Assembly (NCBI RefSeq): GCF_963506605.1
Contig: NC_083283.1
Span: forward strand, 39,060,001 to 39,124,000
DNA length: 64,000 nucleotides
From: Zootoca vivipara
Taxonomy: Eukaryota
Direction: 5' to 3'
Both the position numbers and the translations under genes were made by a program. The first letter of the stretch is position 1, and the number at the start of each line of letters is the position of its first letter. Below are positions 13,697-24,956 of this stretch, piece after piece. A model generated the notes under the pieces. It did not search any database, was not told the origin of the DNA, and saw nothing but the letters and a program-made list of their open reading frames with translations.

Positions 13697-14069
13697 CTCC
13701 ACACGCAGGTGAGCTCTCTGTTGGCAAAGCCAGGTGGTCGAACCCTTGCCACTGCTGACCAAAAGTTCAAAATGTCTCCATTGGAACCTGCTGAAATCTT
13801 TTATCAACTGTAATAATATACATACATATTTTTGACACAAGACTGGATTGCCTTGTCATTTCTTGGAATTGGTGTGTCTTGCACAAAACAGCTGGCATCT
13901 GACATGATTTACAAATAATTTCACATGCAGTTTTAAACTAACTAGCAATGAAAACTCCAAGGACTATTGATAGCAAAGTCCTTATTCTGTGCTTAATTTG
14001 ATGTTTTGCAAATAGACGTACAGTTTCCTTCTGCATCCACGTCCTCATAATATTCACATGCCAAATGTT
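13697..14069 (-). pseudogene. Exon 4 of the DUF4708-like pseudogene
   Basis: Strong acceptor gttgttttcctttag|A and donor GAG|GTGAGT; 124 codons +1 nt with 2 stops (TAG 13938-13940, TGA 13767-13769); [20 protein letters not shown] vs [21 protein letters not shown]. An alternative frame near the 3' end (GDILNFWSAV vs GQIINIFHAI) also matches, so a hidden frameshift is possible. Confidence 0.7.
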
Positions 14070-14601
14070 CTAAAGGAAAACAACTATCTGTGCTGTGGTT
14101 TTGTGAATGATCCAGATGTTTCAAAAATAAAGAAGCATATATTGAATATAGGACTTAAATGGAGACACAAAACATTTTATATTATATATTTTAAAAGAAT
14201 TTTGAGGTAAGAATTGGAGCTTCAGATAGCTGTAACTGTTTAGGAATATATATGTTTCCATATATACAATATCGACCAAAAATTATATCATATATATTAA
14301 CACTGCTAGCTCTTGTCAGCAGTTTATCATATAATGATTTCACTGAATGACAAATTTTAAAGGAGGAGGAGGAAGCGGTTCATAAATGTAAATAGATATG
14401 GCATTATTGGATCTAGCATAACATATTCATACAATTTATCAAATGACAACATATTGCTAGGGTTACAGATTTCAGGTAGTAAAACCACAGGTCTGGAAAT
14501 CTAAGTAAGCTGGACTTCTGGGTATTTGCACTGCTTCTTTATAAACTCCAAGGTGTGTGTGTGTGTGTGTGTGTGTGGAGGGTAATAATCTTCGCACTCA
14601 T

Positions 14602-14727
14602 GAATATATTTCTATGTATCTCCCACAGCTCCTCATTGGTATTTTTCACAACTCCTGGAAATGCTAATGCATTAGAAATAGCCAGTTGAAGTTTCTGAAT
14701 TTTCTGCACGCACCAACAGTGGAATAC
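14602..14727 (-). pseudogene. Exon 3 of the DUF4708-like pseudogene
   Basis: Open 42 codons [42 protein letters not shown] (LQLAISNAL vs LQNCLSYSF); donor TTC|ATGAGT is a GTGAGT mutated at a CpG; weak acceptor. Confidence 0.6.
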
Positions 14728-15165
14728 CTATATTTCATCAATAGACCTATGTGATTCTGAATTATTTATCTCCGAAACACACTGGTGTGTGAGAGAAACC
14801 TATTAAGAGCCATGAAACTCACTTAGATGTTGATGCATAGTAGTAACTAGGTCAACAAACTTCTTTTCCCTTGAGGGTCTTCTCTTGTCTCCCCTTTCCA
14901 CCTTTCTCTTAAGTATATTTTTCCTTATTTTGCTTTTCAAATAATATTTTTTCATGCATGCACTTAAAATCCCCCCCCCAAAAAAAATTCCAGTTAATTT
15001 TCTTTCTAAAGAATTTCTTTATGAACAAGCGAACCACGGCTTTAGGCTTTTAATATTGACCATATAAAGATCTTCCTCCCTAGTAGCCTTAACCTTAATA
15101 TTGCTGACAGAGCTAGCAATTGGATCACATAAAGTTACCAGAATCAATGCGGAGCTGGACTTACT

Positions 15166-15297
15166 GGGTTGGATCCAGACCTAGCTGTGTTTAGACTAGA
15201 ACCATTGAAATCAACAAGGCAAGTTGACCATGACTAACACAGAGATCATTTATTTCGATAGGTCTACTCTAAGCACAACTAAGTCTGGATCCAACCC
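15166..15297. mobile_element. Palindromic MITE, probably PIF/Harbinger
   Basis: gggttggatccagac...gtctggatccaaccc; 3-bp flanks act / aat. Confidence 0.7.
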
Positions 15298-15572
15298 AAT
15301 TGATTGATGATAACTTCTGATTTCCAGGCTGATGGCTTAGCTTTGACCTATAAAGTCTGAAAGTGTTCCTAATGTCAACACATAAACTCTACCTTCCTAT
15401 GGGATACAGAGGATTTGGCACCATTAGAGGGAGGGTGGTGGTTGGCAAGATGTTGCATTTACAACCCGTTTCCCTTTGTGAGGCTTGGTGAATTGGTTTT
15501 ACTCAGAGCCCAACCACAGGAGACAATGACTCTTCCTAGTAAGGTCTGACAGTGATACTTTTTGTGAATTAC

Positions 15573-15714
15573 CTTTGGGGGAGATAGAGATGGCTGCACC
15601 AGCCACCAAAAGTACCAGGGTAGAGCAGACTTAAGTATTGGTGCCCTGATCCCCACAATGGTATGAATTCTGACATTTGCAGAACCACACACCAAGTTGG
15701 TGCTAGGCCTGGTT
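15573..15714 (-). pseudogene. Exon 2 of the DUF4708-like pseudogene
   Basis: Weak acceptor gttcag|A; open 47 codons TRPSTNLVCGSANVRIHTIVGIRAPILKSALPWYFWWLVQPSLSPPK; donor AAG|GTAATT, phase 2->0. Confidence 0.55.
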
Positions 15715-16085
15715 CTGAACTTTTTTAAAAAATATATATCAATTTTCATTGAGTTTTACTACACATTTTAATAAAATGCAGACATGCAAGAAATATTTCA
15801 CTGCTATAATTCACATATCTTATCATGTATTTGGTTTCCTTTAGCATCTGATAATTAGGAATGTTAATGAATCATGTGCAGGATATTACAAAAAAAAATA
15901 ATATCAAGCCGGAGCTGCCGTTCTCTAGAATACCTTAAAACCTGCAAACAACAACTCAATGCACAACTGCCACCTGCAAATTATAAAGCCAGATGGTAAT
16001 ATAAATCCCCAAAGAAAATATACAGCTGTCAGTTCTTCATGTTTATATTGAAGAGGTGATATAATCAACTGGCGGCAGAGCTTAC

Positions 16086-16261
16086 TGTATTGCTCTTGTT
16101 ACCGTAGCATGTAAGCCTCTCATATCATGAGCACTCTTTATTTTGAGTATACACAGAAGATTATCATCATTTCCACTCGGCAGATGTGGCAGGTTTGTGG
16201 ATTTTAATAGCAGCAGGCAGGAGTGTGATGTACTGTGATTGCTTTGCATGCTCAGACTCAT
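16086..16261 (-). pseudogene. Exon 1 (coding start) of the DUF4708-like pseudogene
   Basis: ATG at 16261; [59 protein letters not shown]; donor ACA|GTAAGC, phase 2. Confidence 0.7.
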
Positions 16262-16610
16262 CACCACACTTGCTTCAGTACACACACTGACACATGCTCA
16301 CACATAGTCCATGCAAAACCATTTGATACCTGACAATGCTGCGTTAGATGGCTCCTCAGTGAACCATAAGATGGTACTTCTGCATGATGATTATTTTAAT
16401 GGCTCCCACATCTACTCTACTGGCTAGATAAATACACACACATGTATTTTAAGACTGTGAATATCACTGTGTTTCTCTCCTTCATCTTAACCTGATATCA
16501 GATAGCTTTCCTCCCTTTTCTACGGTTGCACTAGAAAACCACTTCAAAATAGGGAACAAGTGGGTAAAACCCATTTTAGTGCGAATTATGTACTTAAAAG
16601 CTTAGAGACC

Positions 16611-17099
16611 TGTTCTAGGGTTATTCATGATAGGAACTATGCAGAGAAATCAACTGGATATAAGTGTTAGAGATTCATTCCCCGTGTCTGCAGTCATGGG
16701 ATTGTTGTCTATCACATGACGGTATATGTTTTTCATTCCACAGAGTGGGACGTGACGGAAACAGGATGTTTGTGTTACTGTGTTTCCTAAAGTGGGACTA
16801 TTGTCCTTTGTTCTTTCTCTTTGCTGTCTGATGCTAGAGAGAGAGGGAGCCATGTTGCAGTGCTCCGTGTGTGTTTATATGTAAATAAAAGTAGATTAGC
16901 CAAATGCTGTGCTACTGAGTTCTGTTACACAACTGCGCAAACTCTGCGGATCCGTAAGTGTGCTGATGTCAGTTGGCATCAGTCGCTGTGATGTTCGGGC
17001 TGGAGAAAGCTTTTGAAGCTCTCAAAAGATCACCCAGGAGGGAGGGAACATGCCAGTCAGGCATGTGTCTCTGCCAGGGTCCTACTTGCGAGTAGAACA
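16611..17099 (+). mobile_element. Solo LTR (Gypsy-like)
   Basis: TGTTCTA...TAGAACA termini, aataaa at 16884-16889, flanks gacc / gaca. Confidence 0.7.
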
Positions 17100-18215
17100 G
17101 ACACCCTCGGGAGGTTATGGAGGTTTTTAAGCAGAGGTTGGATGCTTTAGTTCAGATTCCTACTCTGCAGGGGGTTGGACTGGATGATTCTTGAGGTCTG
17201 TTCCAACTCTACAATTTTATGAAATGTCCACCCCACTAAATCAATTTTAGTAAGATTTAAGTGTTAAAGATTACTGATCCTTTTGTGTATAACCTGTTTT
17301 TAAACTTTGCTTTTTTATTGGTATTTTAAAATAATATTTTACACTATTCCAAATAGTGTAGAGGTCTTTTGTTCTAGTAGGTCCATTTTGTTACAGAAAT
17401 AAATGAAATAAATACTAAGATTGTTTCTCCTGAGAATCAAAATGATTGAGCAGGGGTGTACAAAGTAAGATGTTTTCAGAGAAGTTAATATAGTCAATGG
17501 CAGGTTTTGATCTGAAAAAAAATGCAGGTCAGAAAGAAAACTTTTGATGTAAAGATCTAGAACTCTCCTTCTCTTAGTCTTTGCTTTTTTTCTGTATTGC
17601 AGACAGGTTCAAATCTATATTCATTCCCTGGAAAGATGTTATTTGTTTGTACAGAAAAACAGTTAGATATTACATTAACTTCTGCAAAGGCAGATGACAA
17701 AATTAAATAGTATTTCAACATTAAAGCACACCGCTGCCAATTTTAATGAGATTTCAGGGAACAAAAACAGATGAGGAGGAATTGCAGCTTAAATTGACGG
17801 AGAATATAAAGAGTTTCATTATGTGTGCTGTTGCTTTTCATTTGTTTTTGTTTTTAAATTCATGTGCTTGCTTTGCTGAAGATCCTTTTTCTCAGGAAAA
17901 AAAACCTTCCCAACTGTCTCCCATTGGGGAAATGTTTGGGTAGTATTAATTGATGTTTTAAAAAATAAAATAAAATAAAGGTTTGGGTTGATAATAACAA
18001 AACTACACCTTAACACATGTCCTTTTCCAGTGCTGACACAAATATTAGTGCTGTGTGATTGGCTGCTTCACATCCACATTTTTGCACATTCTAGTCTCTA
18101 GATCACATCACTTGTTTTGTGCCAGGCCCTAACTAACCCTTCAGGTGAGAATATTTCCAGGGAATGAAAACAATAAGGCCTGTTTTTACATGTCATGGTT
18201 TAAGATGTACCTATT

Positions 18216-18350
18216 CAGTGCAATTTTTCTAGAAAAAGAGGTGCCAGAATTCGGTATGAACATCTCCCTTGTTCTCTTATAATGGCAATGGCACCCACCT
18301 GAAAGGTGCCGGAACTGAATTCTAGTGAGTTCTAGCTGAAAAAAGCCCTG
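18216..18350. mobile_element. Non-autonomous hAT element
   Basis: cagtgcaatttt...aaaaaagccctg; TSD tacctatt / tacctttt; inverted sister copy at ~57920-58031. Confidence 0.8.
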
Positions 18351-18522
18351 TACCTTTTTAAGATGCTTTGTGAGTCTCTTTCTCTCACAAAAAAGGAAAG
18401 CACAGTAATTACTACCTCTCCGCCCCCTGAAAGAACAAAAATTGACCCTGGGCCAAATATATATATATGAGCTATTCAAGAGACAATTAAAAGGAAGATC
18501 ACAATACAGTTGGATTTATTGA

Positions 18523-18564
<42 letters not shown>

Positions 18565-19484
18565 AATGTGGTTCTACTCAATGTATGATTTAATATGTTT
18601 TCCTTTCTAAACATTTCCTTCTGAATTCTTCCTATCCTGTTTTACATTGGACATCAATTTCTTTACTAAATTGCCGGATTGTAGCATAGATGAAGAAGTG
18701 TGCTTCAGACTCATCGAAATATCACTGAATTCATTTAGCACCTTTTAAGTCATGAAATTAATTTATCTTATATAAAAAAATGGATTTTCGGCCATAGATT
18801 TTTAATTATTGTATGCTCGAGTATTGGAGAGCTGTTCAGTTTTTATGTTTTTGGTAATTAAAGCTAACAGTAAAATAGACATAAATCAATAGTTGCAGGA
18901 GGATTTTCATTCTTCTTTAAGAATTTTATTATCACAAATGGCAATCTATTTCACTTCTCACATGGGATATCTTAGCATAAAATTTGTGAATCTCCAACAC
19001 CTTCATGAGAACTGTTTTAAATATGTATGGCCAATAAAATGATGGCCATTAGTTACAGAAAACTGATACTTTTTTAAAAAAAAATCATAACCCCCACCCC
19101 ACCCCCAAGTAGAGAAATTTAATTGTGTCTATGTCCTCCATGAAATCAATGGCATCGGTTAGCTGCACCTGATTAAATAGGTAACATGTCTTGGAGGCAT
19201 TGTTTAATATATCAGAGATCAGAAATACCTGAATGCCAAACTTCAAATATTTGATTTCTCCTTAAGTGTCTAAATCAGGGTTTGGCAGCCTATGACACTC
19301 CAGACATTGTTGGACTTGAACTCTGATCAGTCACAACCAGCATGATCAAAGGCCAGAAGTGATGGGAGTTATACTCTTCCAATATCTGTGTGACTTAATT
19401 AAATTGAAGAAAGAGGAGAAAACACGTTCGCTTCTCATGCCCCTTTTCAAACTTTACTTTGCAGTTTCTGTTCATGGTACATAT

Positions 19485-19723
19485 TTGATGCTTTTGAATT
19501 ATGGTGCTGGAGGAGACTCTTGAGAGTCCCATGGACTGGAAGAAGATCAAACCTATCCATTTTGAAGGAAATCAGCCCTGAGTGCTCACTGGAAGGACAG
19601 ATCCTGAAGCTGAGGCTCCAAAACTTTGGCCACCTCATGAGAAGAGAAGACTCCCTGGAAAAGACCCTGATGTTGGGAAAGATTGAGGGCACAAGGAGAA
19701 GGGGACAACAGAGGATGAGATGG
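19485..19723 (+). mobile_element. BovB fragment lacking its 3' tail
   Basis: Near-identical to the 2914-3292 copy; ends abruptly at ...QRMRW. Confidence 0.92.
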
Positions 19724-19750
19724 ATGATACTCTATTCATACAGTTTGGTG

Positions 19751-20190
19751 GAGCAAGTGCTTTGTGTAGAGTTTACTAATCACACTAAGTAAGCTAATCG
19801 GCCTATAGTTCACTGGATCCCCTCTATCGCCCTTTTTATAGAATGGGACTATTATGGCTGTTCCCCATTCCCTTGGGATGCGGCCAGTGTCATCTATGTA
19901 GGTAAAGAGGGTGGCTAGGAAAGGCGCCCACCAATCCTCCTGTGATTTTATAATTTCTGCCGTAATGCCGTTTGGGCCGGGGGCTTTGGCCATTTTCAGT
20001 TGGTTTATATATGATTTCACCTCTATTACTGACACTTCTGGCCATCTAGCCAGTTGCTCTATATTATAATTCCGTAACAGAGGTTCAGCATCCTCATACA
20101 AAGATTGGAAGAATGAGACCCAAAGGTTAGGAGGAATTTGTGAGGATAAGGGGGTGACAGCCTTGTGGGTGCCAGAAGTTACCTAATTGG
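19751..20190 (-). mobile_element. RTE-X-like LINE ORF2 internal fragment (pre-RT region)
   Basis: KAPGPNGITAE...IPREW..AIIVPFYKKGD..DPVNYRPISLLSVISKLY; clade assignment is from recalled similarity. Confidence 0.8.
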
Positions 20191-20934
20191 AATGTTTTCA
20201 TGATTGAGACTTTATGTTTTAATGGATTTAAAATGTTATTATATTAATATTATCATAATTAATTAATTAATTTGAATGGCATATTATGCTTTGAAATGAA
20301 TAAGCCTTTAAAACTGATTAAATAATACATTGATTTGTGCCTCTCTCCCCCCAGCCCATATCCCATTTTGGGGGAATTTAAGTCCGAAAGCAGCATACAA
20401 AATGACATTTTAAAAGAATAAAATTAAATACACCTTTATAACAAAAGTGTTTTCCAGGCCGCAGGCAGAAAAATTAGATTTTCCTAATACTGTTGTGATG
20501 GCTTTTGTTAAAAGAATAGATATTACATTGTCATTCAACATTACCAAACACTTGGGGCAATTATGAGTTTCCATTCATAACAGCCAGACTCACAAATGAA
20601 ATATTTCCCCACATTTAAACTGTGATTATACGACTCATGTTAGGGTTGTGTGACTGTGTGCTTTCTAATTCCTGGATCCAGCAAGGATTCAATTGTTGAA
20701 TTAGCCAGGCAAGGGGCCAGAACTCACCACCACCCTCCCTATCCTGCTCCAACCCCTTCTCAGAGAAAGCATTGCCACCACTGAGAGGGCGCTGCTATGG
20801 TTCCAGCTCCCTTCGTGTGCTGCTGGTGGTGGTGATGCAAATGAAAGAGAACAACAGTGTGCAACAACCTAATTGTAATGATATAAAAAGATGTTTTTAA
20901 AAACCTCCCAAAACCTAGTGTTTGAGGTGAAATA

Positions 20935-21278
20935 GGGACCCAGGTGGCGCTGTGGTTAAACCACTGAGCCTAGGGCTTGCTGATCAGAAGGTCGGCGGTT
21001 CGAATCCCTGTGACGGGGTGAGCTCCCGTTGCTTAGTCCCAGCTCCTGCCAACCTAGCAGTTCGAAAGCACGTCAAAATGCAAGTAGATAAATAAGAACC
21101 GCTACAGCGGGAAGGTAAACGGTGTTTCCATGTGCTGCTCTGGTTTACCAGAAGCAGCTTTGTCATGCTGGCCACATGACCTGGAAGCTATTGACTCCAC
21201 GGCCAATAATGCGAGATGAGCGCGCAACCCCAGAGTCGGTCATGACTGGACCTAATGGTCAGGGGTCCCTTTACCTTT
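20935..21278 (+). mobile_element. Sauria SINE (Squam1/POM-type)
   Basis: tRNA-like A/B boxes, characteristic body, terminal ggggtccctttaccttt. Confidence 0.93.
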
Positions 21279-22436
21279 TTATTATTATGCCAGCCATTGG
21301 GGCATTTGCAAAAAATGAAAAATATCATAGCATTACAGAGTTGGAAGAGATCTTGGAGGTCTTCTAAGGCTGCTGGGAACTGGAGTCCAACAAAAAGTTG
21401 GTGTAAGACAATACCGAGCTAGATGGATCTGGTTGGTTGTGATCCATGTTTCTTTGCAGAAGTTTGAAGATCACTATCATGTCTTCCTTTATTTTTCTCT
21501 AATCCAGGCAAAATACCCAGCTGTTTCAGCTGTTCTTCATAGTTCCTTAGTTTCCAGAGCATGCATAGCACAAGGTAATCCTCCTCTGTTGAACCCAGTA
21601 AGGATTTGATTCTAGCCATTCTTCCTGCACCATTACAGACTTGCAGTTTTGAAGTGGATTGAGCGATGCACTTCCTTTGAGGAAGAGACAGGCTGGCTGG
21701 TACTCTATTCATACAGTTTGGTGGAGCTATTCATATTGTAGAGCTAGTGCAGTTGCTCCATGTAGTCCAGTAGCACAATGACAATTTGGATTAGTCCAGT
21801 CCTATTCATAAGTCTTTCAGTAGTCCTAGATCTAATTTACTTTATAATGAAAAACACAATGGGCCACAGGGAGGAGATCAATACTCATACTAGACATATT
21901 GCTCACAAAATATGTTCTGAATCTTTTCAGGTTGTCTCTGATTTGAACTCAGAGGACCATTGACAGCTTTCCTCACAGGGCTACAGTTTCCTCAAAGTCA
22001 CGCACATTGTGACAGTTCAACAGGAGTCCTGAAGCATCAATATTGGTGCCTGCACCAAGTCTGGAGTGCACTTTCCCTCCCTCTTTTTAACATTCCCTTT
22101 TCAGTAGAATTCAAAATGCTATTGAAAGGGAAACAGGCTTGTTCTTTTCTGTCCTTTCTTCCGATGATCAACTCCCAAATGGCCTATTCCCCATTTATAA
22201 GAATAAAGGATAGTGTCATATAGTGACAGCAAAGGGGACTAAATCTGCTGGATCGTCTTCAAAGGGAATGAAATCCTGTTCGGTTTCCAATTAATGGTTA
22301 TTAGAGATGCACCTGTGAAACTCACACTGTTTTTTTTAAAGACAAGCAACCAAATTCCATGTTACAATTTCTGAACTGTTAGCTGATCCAGCCTCTGTTT
22401 CCATGGAACTTACTGCACACTCAAAACACACCAAAT

Positions 22437-23184
22437 AGTTGCGTATTCAGACTTTTAACCTCCAGACCAGACTCAAATTTTGGTTTGGTGTTTGGCAGAA
22501 TTTAGGCCACAACTTTATTGATTACAGCAAGTGAGTGGTTTCATAGGGTCTGGTTCGACTAGCTCCCTGCACCCTTGCAGGTAGCGCCGACCCAGGGCAC
22601 CAGCATAGGTCAGCTTAGGGTGAACACCTGGATAGGCGGAAAGCCAGGAACAGGCTATGTCCACCACCCAGATGTCCCCCTGGACTCAGGCATGGGCACA
22701 ACCCCCTCACAGGGTTGACCAAACCATTGAGTCCCTGGATTCCTTTAACGGAATACCCTTCACATAGGGATGGCGAGAGCGTTTCCCCATCCCTATCACC
22801 TGAACCAGAGCCTATCCGCAATCTTACAAGTTGTGATGATTTGCTACACAGCAGTCGAAACCCAAATGGCACCAGCCAATCAGCCAAGTGGGGAAAATTC
22901 CCGTTGTGCCCCTGTCCCAATGACAGACAACACACGACGGCATAGCAAGGTCAAGCACACAAGCCCTAAAAATAGGGAGAGGTGGGCATGTGTTCCGATG
23001 CAGGTACCAAAAGAAGAAGCTCTGGGTCATGTGCATAGGCATATATAGGTCCCTTGATCCGTTTAGCCTGCGTCCCATTGGCCCGATTAAACCCCGCATC
23101 AAGGGACCTACCAATTGGGTGTCCTGGCTATCCAATTATACCCACCCACAACACGGGGTTTGGTTGCCAGGTCTCACTGCAACA
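22437..23184 (-). mobile_element. Probable solo LTR
   Basis: GC/CpG-richer ~750-bp block, termini gttgc...tgcaaca, minus-strand AATAAA near 22515; TSD not seen. Confidence 0.5.
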
Positions 23185-24956
23185 CATGCCCTATTTAAGG
23201 AAGGACCCGATTTATTTTATTATGATGGTTGCCAGGTTTCTGTTTTGTCTCACTGTGCAGTGGGTTAGTCACAAGTAACACATAGTGTGGATTTATAGAA
23301 TGCTTTAGTTTTCTGTGGGCACAATTCACCTAATGAGCCCTGTCTGTGGAAGCTCTGTGCAAGGACGTCTGCTTATATAATGGATCTTCCCCTCCCCACC
23401 CTTGTGTGCCCCCAGAAATTGGCTGCGGGTGTGTTGGGAGAACCCCCAGAATAGCACACAGAGGGAAGAAAGCAGAATTGTTCCATCTGGCCACCTGAAA
23501 TGCTTACACAGACAGAACTCGCCCTTGCCACCGCCCCCCCGCTTCATTATGCTACAAATGTATTCAGGAAAAGCCCAGAAAACTGATTTCATACCCTTCC
23601 GGTGAGAAACCCCAAGGGTTCCAAGCACTTAACCAGGGTTTGGTTTCTTTGGAACACAGTTCAGTGGAGACTGTGGTGTTATTAGGAAATATGGTTTTAT
23701 TTTCACATGCATACAAGCTGATGGAGGGGCTCACAGTAGTAGCACCCCAACAGATCTTGCTTCCCCATTAGGTTTCCAGAGAAGCATCAAAGCTTTGCAT
23801 AGAGCAAACCTGTCTCTATGTCTACCTGCTTTCTGCCCAGCTCACACCACACTCCCCTTTGTTTTGTCTACCTGGCAGTTAGCTGAGGTGGGGAAGCCTA
23901 CCCATTTGTCCAGAGGGCACCATCACTTAGTTGTAGCTCTTGCAGCCTAGCTCATTCTTTTGGGATGCTAATGAAAGACATTTAGACCAAGTCCATTACC
24001 TTACAATTGCCCATGGTAGTTCAGCAATATAATTCTCTATCAGAGCTTTTAACCCTTACTGGATGCAGGACCCCAAGAATTAAGTGGAACTCAGGGCGTC
24101 ATCCAGACTGATCCCCCAAACTTACAACAATATTCATTGCTATGCTTGTTTCTTGGCAGCACCAGGAGTGGGGGAGGAATGAAGTATCCACAATTTCAGT
24201 AGTGTGCACACACTGCATATTCACATTTAAACCATGGTTTATTTTAACTGTGGGTTAAAGTGGTATGCAAACCAGAGCATAAGGAGTTTCTTAAGTTACC
24301 TCCATAGCTCTTCAAAGACTCTCCAGTTTTTGTCCATCAGCACACGGAGAGTACACAGATCACTCACAAAGGTAGATGTTTTTGAGCCCATTTAAAAGTC
24401 CAATTTGCACAATCACCTTGTTTCCTTCAGAAGGTACTTTAGAAAATTATTAATTCCTGAATAATGTTCGCTGCTCTTTAGACTTAGTGCTCGAGGACAG
24501 ATAATTATCTCTGCTATGTAAAATTGTGTTTACCTGCCCTGATGCCATGGGATAAGGTGAGCTATACATTTAAATATAGCACATTAATCATTATGTCCCA
24601 CTGAGAAGAGCTCTGTGGAAAGTTATTTTGCAGGCAATTGGAACACACGTTCTTCTCTTCCCCTAGCCAGTCTGATTTTAAGAGTCTCAAGATTTTAAGA
24701 ACCCAGCATGTATTGGGTCTATATGTGTGATCACACTTTATGTAATAGTCACCAAGAACTGAATGTAGAAAATTACCTGCTGGAAAGAGAATGTTTTTGT
24801 ATATGAATCTATCTTTAGTTTGCTGGCAGCAAAAAGAAGGATTGAAGGATTTTGGACCTATTAAACGTATGGTCTAACAATGATTTATTACATCTTATAA
24901 TTCAGCTGCTAAGTTTCTGCCTTGTCCCATTCCACCGCTCCCCTGCCCTTTTGCAG

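Larger units (their letters stand above)
3657..16261 (-). pseudogene. Multi-exon pseudogene of a divergent C18orf63-like (DUF4708) paralog, 8 exons, ~611 codons
   Basis: Exons 16086-16261, 15573-15714, 14602-14727, 13697-14069, 12381-12482, 6087-6409, 4368-4728 and 3657-3889 join in phase (2,0,0,1,1,0,1), 1836 nt in total. Collinear similarity to recalled human C18orf63, e.g. [103 protein letters not shown]. Seven in-frame stops and one GT->AT donor. Confidence 0.75.

Noticed and set aside
3657-16261. Assigning the gene symbol C18orf63
   Set aside because: Similarity is too low for an ortholog and the expected neighbours are not seen. The reference sequence was recalled rather than searched.
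3657-16312. Multi-selenocysteine protein explanation for the in-frame TGA codons
   Set aside because: The same frame also contains TAA and TAG stops and a dead donor, and no SECIS was recognised. Pseudogene decay explains it better.
23570-24129. Additional solo LTR (also ~11040-11470)
   Set aside because: LTR-like composition, but matching termini and a TSD could not be identified.
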